This document shows, piece after piece, positions 60,501 to 64,000 of a stretch of 64,000 nt of DNA. The DNA lies in NCBI GenBank assembly GCA_963932905.1, contig CAWVRN010000006.1:97821-161820 (forward strand), read 5' to 3'. The first letter of the stretch is position 1, and the number at the start of each line of letters is the position of its first letter. Source of the DNA: an uncultured Bdellovibrio sp. Its GTDB lineage: Bacteria > Bdellovibrionota > Bdellovibrionia > Bdellovibrionales > Bdellovibrionaceae. The notes beneath the pieces were generated by a model. That model was not told the DNA's origin, ran no database searches, and worked only from the letters and a program-made list of their open reading frames with translations. The position numbers were made by a program, and so were the translations under genes.

Positions 60501-61988
60501 AGCCACTTTTTTACGTTTGATATCTACAGCATATTTTGGAGCTGTATGAGTACGTTTACCAGTCACTGCATATTTTTGGCTGGTACGATTAAAGTTGATT
60601 TTATGTTTTAACGTTGTACGAGTGAAATTCAAATTGTGTTTGATGTTAACACGGTCAAATTTCAAATCATGCTTCCAGAAATCAACAACATCGTCACCTT
60701 TTGAATCGACAACTTTTCTATCAAATGTTACCACGTGGGTATTTTTCAATACTTTTAAACGAGCTAACGATTGATTAAATTTAATATCGCAACTTGCCAT
60801 TCTTTCTGCTAACTCAGGTTGAATACTTTCGTAGGCCCAAAGAACGTGGCGTGTGTATGGCTTTTTAACTTTGAACGTAACTGTTTTATTACTTGGGATT
60901 GCGTAAGAAACATTGGAATCTGTATCTGCACACTCACCTTTATATAAAAATCCTGGAACTGGTTGTTGGAATTTATAAGACTTAACACATTCCAAACCTT
61001 GAGGATCATGTTCTTTTTCATCAGATACTAGAATGAAAGTTGCTAATTCACCTTTTTTGATTAATGAGTTTTCTGGATTGTTTTTAACTTCATGAAGAAC
61101 GCGGGCCATCGCGCACAAACCACTCTCTTTTTCTACTACTTCAGACAACGGAACGTTATCAACTGTTGAACCATTATAAGCGATGCTTTTCGATAAGAAT
61201 TGTTTATCTGGATCTAAAAACTCCACACGAGCTTTTATTTTATTTACAAGGTCTTGTATGGATTCACCCTTTGAATATTTAACTGATACAATGCTAGGTT
61301 GATCAACGTGAGTTAAATACGCTGGCGAAAATTCAGAATTTAGCACGTCGTATTTCGTCCCGACGCTTGATGGAGCACGCACCGTACGTAATTTAAAACC
61401 GACCATGTCGCCTTCTAATAACCCAGAAGTTTTTCTTGCCGATAAATTACCTTCAGCTGGACGGAACACTTCGATCATGCTTTGAACAAATTGAACACTT
61501 GAAATTTCGTAGATCTTTTCAATAATTTTTTGATAATCATTTTTAGCATCTACAGTTGATCTAAATAGTGAATTACCAATATTGTTTAATTGAGCTGTCG
61601 TTAAAATAAAGATCTCTGAATTATAATCCGCAAGACCTTGGCTGTTCGCCGAAAACATTTTTTCAATATTGTTCACTAAATTAACTTGGCTTACGCGCAT
61701 TGAATCCGAGTTGTCTAACACCAAGAAGATTTTTAAATCAGGGATAACTGGTTGAGATACGTCGATGTAACGATACTCTTCGACTTTACCAGTGGGCTGT
61801 GCATTTGTACAACGAACGTGTGTGGGGTTCACAGCACAGATGTCCTGCACCAGAGTATCAGATGCCGTCTCTTCCATCTTCAGCGCAATGTCGCCCTGCT
61901 GACCGCAGTTCTGGAAGAAAAGAATACTTACTACGCTCAACGCAACCCACGCAGAAAAGCCAGATAAGAAATTTCGGTTGATTTTCAT
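57528..61988 (-). CDS. Large surface lipoprotein/adhesin with split vWA (MIDAS) domain and Cys-rich repeat insert
   Basis: FFQNC lipobox; IFLVLDNSDSM MIDAS; FILVSDE; late vWA elements GADYNRIAQSVGG...YGDAL; about 45-55 aa repeats. Confidence 0.8.
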   Translation of the reverse strand: MKINRNFLSGFSAWVALSVVSILFFQNCGQQGDIALKMEETASDTLVQDICAVNPTHVRCTNAQPTGKVEEYRYIDVSQPVIPDLKIFLVLDNSDSMRVSQVNLVNNIEKMFSANSQGLADYNSEIFILTTAQLNNIGNSLFRSTVDAKNDYQKIIEKIYEISSVQFVQSMIEVFRPAEGNLSARKTSGLLEGDMVGFKLRTVRAPSSVGTKYDVLNSEFSPAYLTHVDQPSIVSVKYSKGESIQDLVNKIKARVEFLDPDKQFLSKSIAYNGSTVDNVPLSEVVEKESGLCAMARVLHEVKNNPENSLIKKGELATFILVSDEKEHDPQGLECVKSYKFQQPVPGFLYKGECADTDSNVSYAIPSNKTVTFKVKKPYTRHVLWAYESIQPELAERMASCDIKFNQSLARLKVLKNTHVVTFDRKVVDSKGDDVVDFWKHDLKFDRVNIKHNLNFTRTTLKHKINFNRTSQKYAVTGKRTHTAPKYAVDIKRKKVAKYQRVNYKRETILKKEGNQTVVVETYTPPSPIRVSNVNFASISQCTQDWLRTVPAVYSLEKTLSANESYKYTVTECVINNDETADNKVVEVVGVQPAASSCSEALAKGVYSEGTLAANESFTYLSVDCLSRASIVTIAPLNIAKDGVTPSASSCTPAYASSIDSSKPSVDSGKGETLVYSEIACNDASTTANNVEIANLSGAAPVSGLLDHIKTQDGNRSNTSYSNYSATDTNVVEANQSILVVGAAPSNSTDIHNNIVAKDGKRANTLYSSESASSANVVEANQAINGIDGKYDSAVNGALNSYIATKDGKTNVSYDNTSVTNKATYKASLAVKVTVDGKAPATCDVAYASNIDNSKPALSSGQSLVYSKVSCSTTSSSPYQIVRNNVPVKYDGGYGHKAVPYESDLGADVGSSRACSDTELSDILAQESAASPALNIDGNILVPDLKNHCRVYNSEVTWTNANKTKILNAINSDSAVKYSTNASQCETAIASYCTGNATNNPNSLLACENKPTTYVSYRAYKPEYRKYSLKPPVKPADAAELHWFGFEQIVTKNKAGQDVGVNLLNLTCAEVPGACVGATAAHNSVVVGEYFKQKYSGGNATDYAALAKVARSANTVTDSVGLVACNGSFMTDYSECRDKSVQYSNYLSYDSSLTDVAVAKAIDAPVSCDDLCTADSCKTKDASSFAVPYTGKTMNQFYNNACSIGSVATTGSSVRSMASVRLTIANSDSAKYQHDVDVCSLTCAESGLCKLAVNSEVDNSQSTVRQYIAMKNQNMDPAKVASCKMVRKASVQITGKSSFAVVENECTKPSGIVLPNKYVRSKVQYYDADPSPSNEVKLVRENEINLENYIKNSFDNVLGDGYVSMIAFANQSVTNGVAEGADYNRIAQSVGGQIRDVKADSSVYGDALKFLGEKVAAQLASSFKVVDIDPSQQITRVWYSSWFTKGKFIELSPTDYTASANSFVITNPDIVNKIKNEAAFKFFVEIY

Positions 61989-62178
61989 AAGAGTCCCCCA
62001 ATATTCACATAGTTAGGATAGCACAGAATATTCAGATTCTATGTGCATTTTCAGTATGAGACACTCATTATGATATCGGAGTTTTCGCTCGTTAAATAGA
62101 TTGACAGTTTACTCCAGAAAAAACTAATTTGTTTCAGAAATTGTTATTCTTTTAGTCACATTTAAAACGAGAAATATT

Positions 62179-63282
62179 ATGGATACAAACGTTCAAAAAA
62201 CACCCCTTAATGACAATCATAAAAAGCGTGGCGCCAAAATGGTAAGTTTTGCCGGTTGGGAAATGCCTATTCAGTACACACAACTGAAAGAAGAACATCA
62301 CGCGGTTAGAAAAGCCGTTGGGCTTTTTGATGTTTCTCATATGGGTGAAATTCGCTTCAAAGGTCCAGAGGCATTAAATACGTTACAGTGGTTAACTACA
62401 AATGACGTTGCGAAACTTGAGTCGGGCCAGGCACAATATTCGTTGCTACCCAATGCAACGGGTGGCCTAGTTGATGATATCATCGTTTATTGCCTAGAAA
62501 AAAATAGTGACTACCTGGTGTGCGTAAATGCTGCCAACAAAGACAAAGATTTTGCTTGGATGACTAAAAACAATCGCGGAGCTCAGATAACTGATGAAAG
62601 TAGTCAATGGGGACAGATCGCGGTACAAGGTCCGAACGCTCTAGCGTTGTTGAACGCCATTTTTAATGAATCTTTTGATAACGTAAAAACCTTCAGTGTC
62701 CTTCATCGGAAATTTACTAACCACAAAGGCAAACCAGTTGATGTCATCATCGCGACCACGGGTTATACGGGCGAACGTGGTGCCGAAATTTTTGTTCCCT
62801 GGAGCGAAACTGAAAGTCTATGGGATTTTTTGCTGGAAAAAGGACAACCCTTTGGTGTGCAACCCATCGGCCTAGGTGCTCGTGATACTTTACGCACGGA
62901 AAAGAAAATGTCTTTGTACGGACATGAAATCAATGACGAAATCAATCCATACGAATCTGGATTGGGATGGGCGATTAAACCCGACGCCAAAGACTTTATG
63001 GGTCGAACTGCCATTTTAAAAGGCAAAGAAGCCGGCTTAAAGAAGAAGCTTATCGGTTTGCGCATGCTGGAAAAGGGAATTCCCCGTGAAATGTACACAT
63101 TATATTCTGCCGATGGCGCGCAAACAGGCTGGATAACAAGCGGGACCCATTCGCCGTCTTTAGATGCACCTATTGGTATTGGCTATGTGAACGTTAAAGA
63201 CGCTGAAATCGGTACCGAAATCCTTGTGGATATACGCGGACGTAAAGTTAAAGCACAGGTGTGCAAAACGCCTTTTGTTTAA
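62179..63282 (+). CDS. gcvT: Glycine cleavage system T protein
   Basis: FAGWEMP, FDVSHMGE, IAVQGP, TGYTGE, GLGARDTLR. Confidence 0.97.
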   Translation: MDTNVQKTPLNDNHKKRGAKMVSFAGWEMPIQYTQLKEEHHAVRKAVGLFDVSHMGEIRFKGPEALNTLQWLTTNDVAKLESGQAQYSLLPNATGGLVDDIIVYCLEKNSDYLVCVNAANKDKDFAWMTKNNRGAQITDESSQWGQIAVQGPNALALLNAIFNESFDNVKTFSVLHRKFTNHKGKPVDVIIATTGYTGERGAEIFVPWSETESLWDFLLEKGQPFGVQPIGLGARDTLRTEKKMSLYGHEINDEINPYESGLGWAIKPDAKDFMGRTAILKGKEAGLKKKLIGLRMLEKGIPREMYTLYSADGAQTGWITSGTHSPSLDAPIGIGYVNVKDAEIGTEILVDIRGRKVKAQVCKTPFV

Positions 63283-63357
63283 GGCTTTGCCTTGACTTTC
63301 GGGGCAAAACAAATTGTATTTGGTAGCGATTAATACCGTTAAAAATAGAGGTTTAGA

Positions 63358-63747
63358 ATGGTTTACAGAATTCCAGAAGATAATTACTACACAAAAGAAC
63401 ACGAGTGGGCTCAAGTTGATGAAAATATCGTCACAGTAGGAATTACTGAATTCGCACAAAACCAACTAGGTGAAATCGTATACGTAGAACTTCCAGAAGA
63501 AGGTCAAAAAGTTACTCAAAATCAACCATTTGGGGTAGTTGAAAGCGTTAAAGCGGTGAGCGACCTTTATTCACCCGTTTCTGGAACTGTTATCGAAGTA
63601 AACAATACGCTTGTTGATGACCCTGCTCCGTTAAACGACGATCCAATGAACGATGGCTGGTTAATCCGCATCGAGATGGACACTGAAAAAGAACTAGCTC
63701 AGTTAATGAGAGCTGGTGACTACAAAAAACTAATCGCTGAAAAATAA
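63358..63747 (+). CDS. gcvH: Glycine cleavage system H protein
   Basis: YTKEHEW, VGITEFAQ, lipoyl site VESVKAVSD. Confidence 0.97.
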   Translation: MVYRIPEDNYYTKEHEWAQVDENIVTVGITEFAQNQLGEIVYVELPEEGQKVTQNQPFGVVESVKAVSDLYSPVSGTVIEVNNTLVDDPAPLNDDPMNDGWLIRIEMDTEKELAQLMRAGDYKKLIAEK

Positions 63748-63772
63748 TTTTAACTTTGTAGCCGAAAAAGGT

Positions 63773-63801
63773 TTGATTTTAGAATCGACTTTGGCTACAA
63801 A
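63773..63801 (+). promoter_or_regulatory. Sigma70-type promoter for tRNA-Leu
   Basis: TTGATT-N17-TACAAA ending 20 nt before the tRNA. Confidence 0.45.
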
Positions 63802-63820
63802 TGATTTCCTATTCGCATTT

Positions 63821-63905
63821 GCCCGGCTGGTGAAATTGGCAGACACACTAGACTTAGGATCTAGCGCCGCGAGGCATGGGGGTTCAAGTCCCTCGCCGGG
63901 CACCA
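63821..63905 (+). tRNA. tRNA-Leu (anticodon TAG)
   Basis: Acceptor GCCCGGC/GCCGGGC, anticodon arm CTAGA-CTTAGGA-TCTAG, long variable arm, GGTTCAAGTCC, encoded CCA. Confidence 0.97.
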
Positions 63906-63944
63906 TTTAAATTGCAAACAACAGATTCCAACCGTCATTGCTAT

Positions 63945-63984
63945 GGTTCTACGGTTCTACGGTTCTACGGTTCTACGGTTCTAC
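63945..63984 (+). repeat. 8-bp tandem repeat (GGTTCTAC)x5
   Basis: Five perfect contiguous copies 40 nt downstream of the tRNA. Confidence 0.95.
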
Positions 63985-64000
63985 ACGGCCCATGGTGGGT

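Noticed and set aside
61989..62178. Glycine riboswitch upstream of gcvT
   Set aside because: No GGAGA / CCGAAG / CTCTCAGG aptamer motifs; the region is AT-rich divergent promoter DNA.
63945..63984. CRISPR array
   Set aside because: Contiguous 8-bp units without spacers; no cas genes.

Overview
A 64 kb, roughly 40% GC chromosomal window from a predatory Bdellovibrionota bacterium (Bdellovibrionaceae-like). This assignment is inferred from a CdgA-type degenerate GGDEF protein, an FQNC-lipobox vWA adhesin, a GYF_2-TPR protein and many secreted hydrolases. Most genes are housekeeping: yhaM, purH, mlaEFD, alr, nadB, rnhA, lon, addAB, gdh, pyrD, mutT-like, glycosyltransferases, HU/IHF, adk, epmA, tldDE, gcvP/T/H and tRNA-Leu(TAG). 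These are interspersed with envelope and secreted proteins. I saw no CRISPR array, rRNA, prophage or intact transposase. The most notable items are: (1) a 1486-aa lipoprotein whose vWA domain is split by a large insert with a mirror-ordered nested repeat architecture, in which short outgoing strands match returning repeats in reverse order; (2) a duplicated FadL/TraF-like beta-barrel plus Cys-rich lipoprotein module; (3) a histidine kinase-cdgA-alr operon; (4) sigma54-type promoters ahead of a secreted HD-like protein and an outer-membrane protein; (5) a GGTACC-rich REP-like palindrome upstream of purH, across which GC skew flips. All assignments come from motif reading, not database searches.
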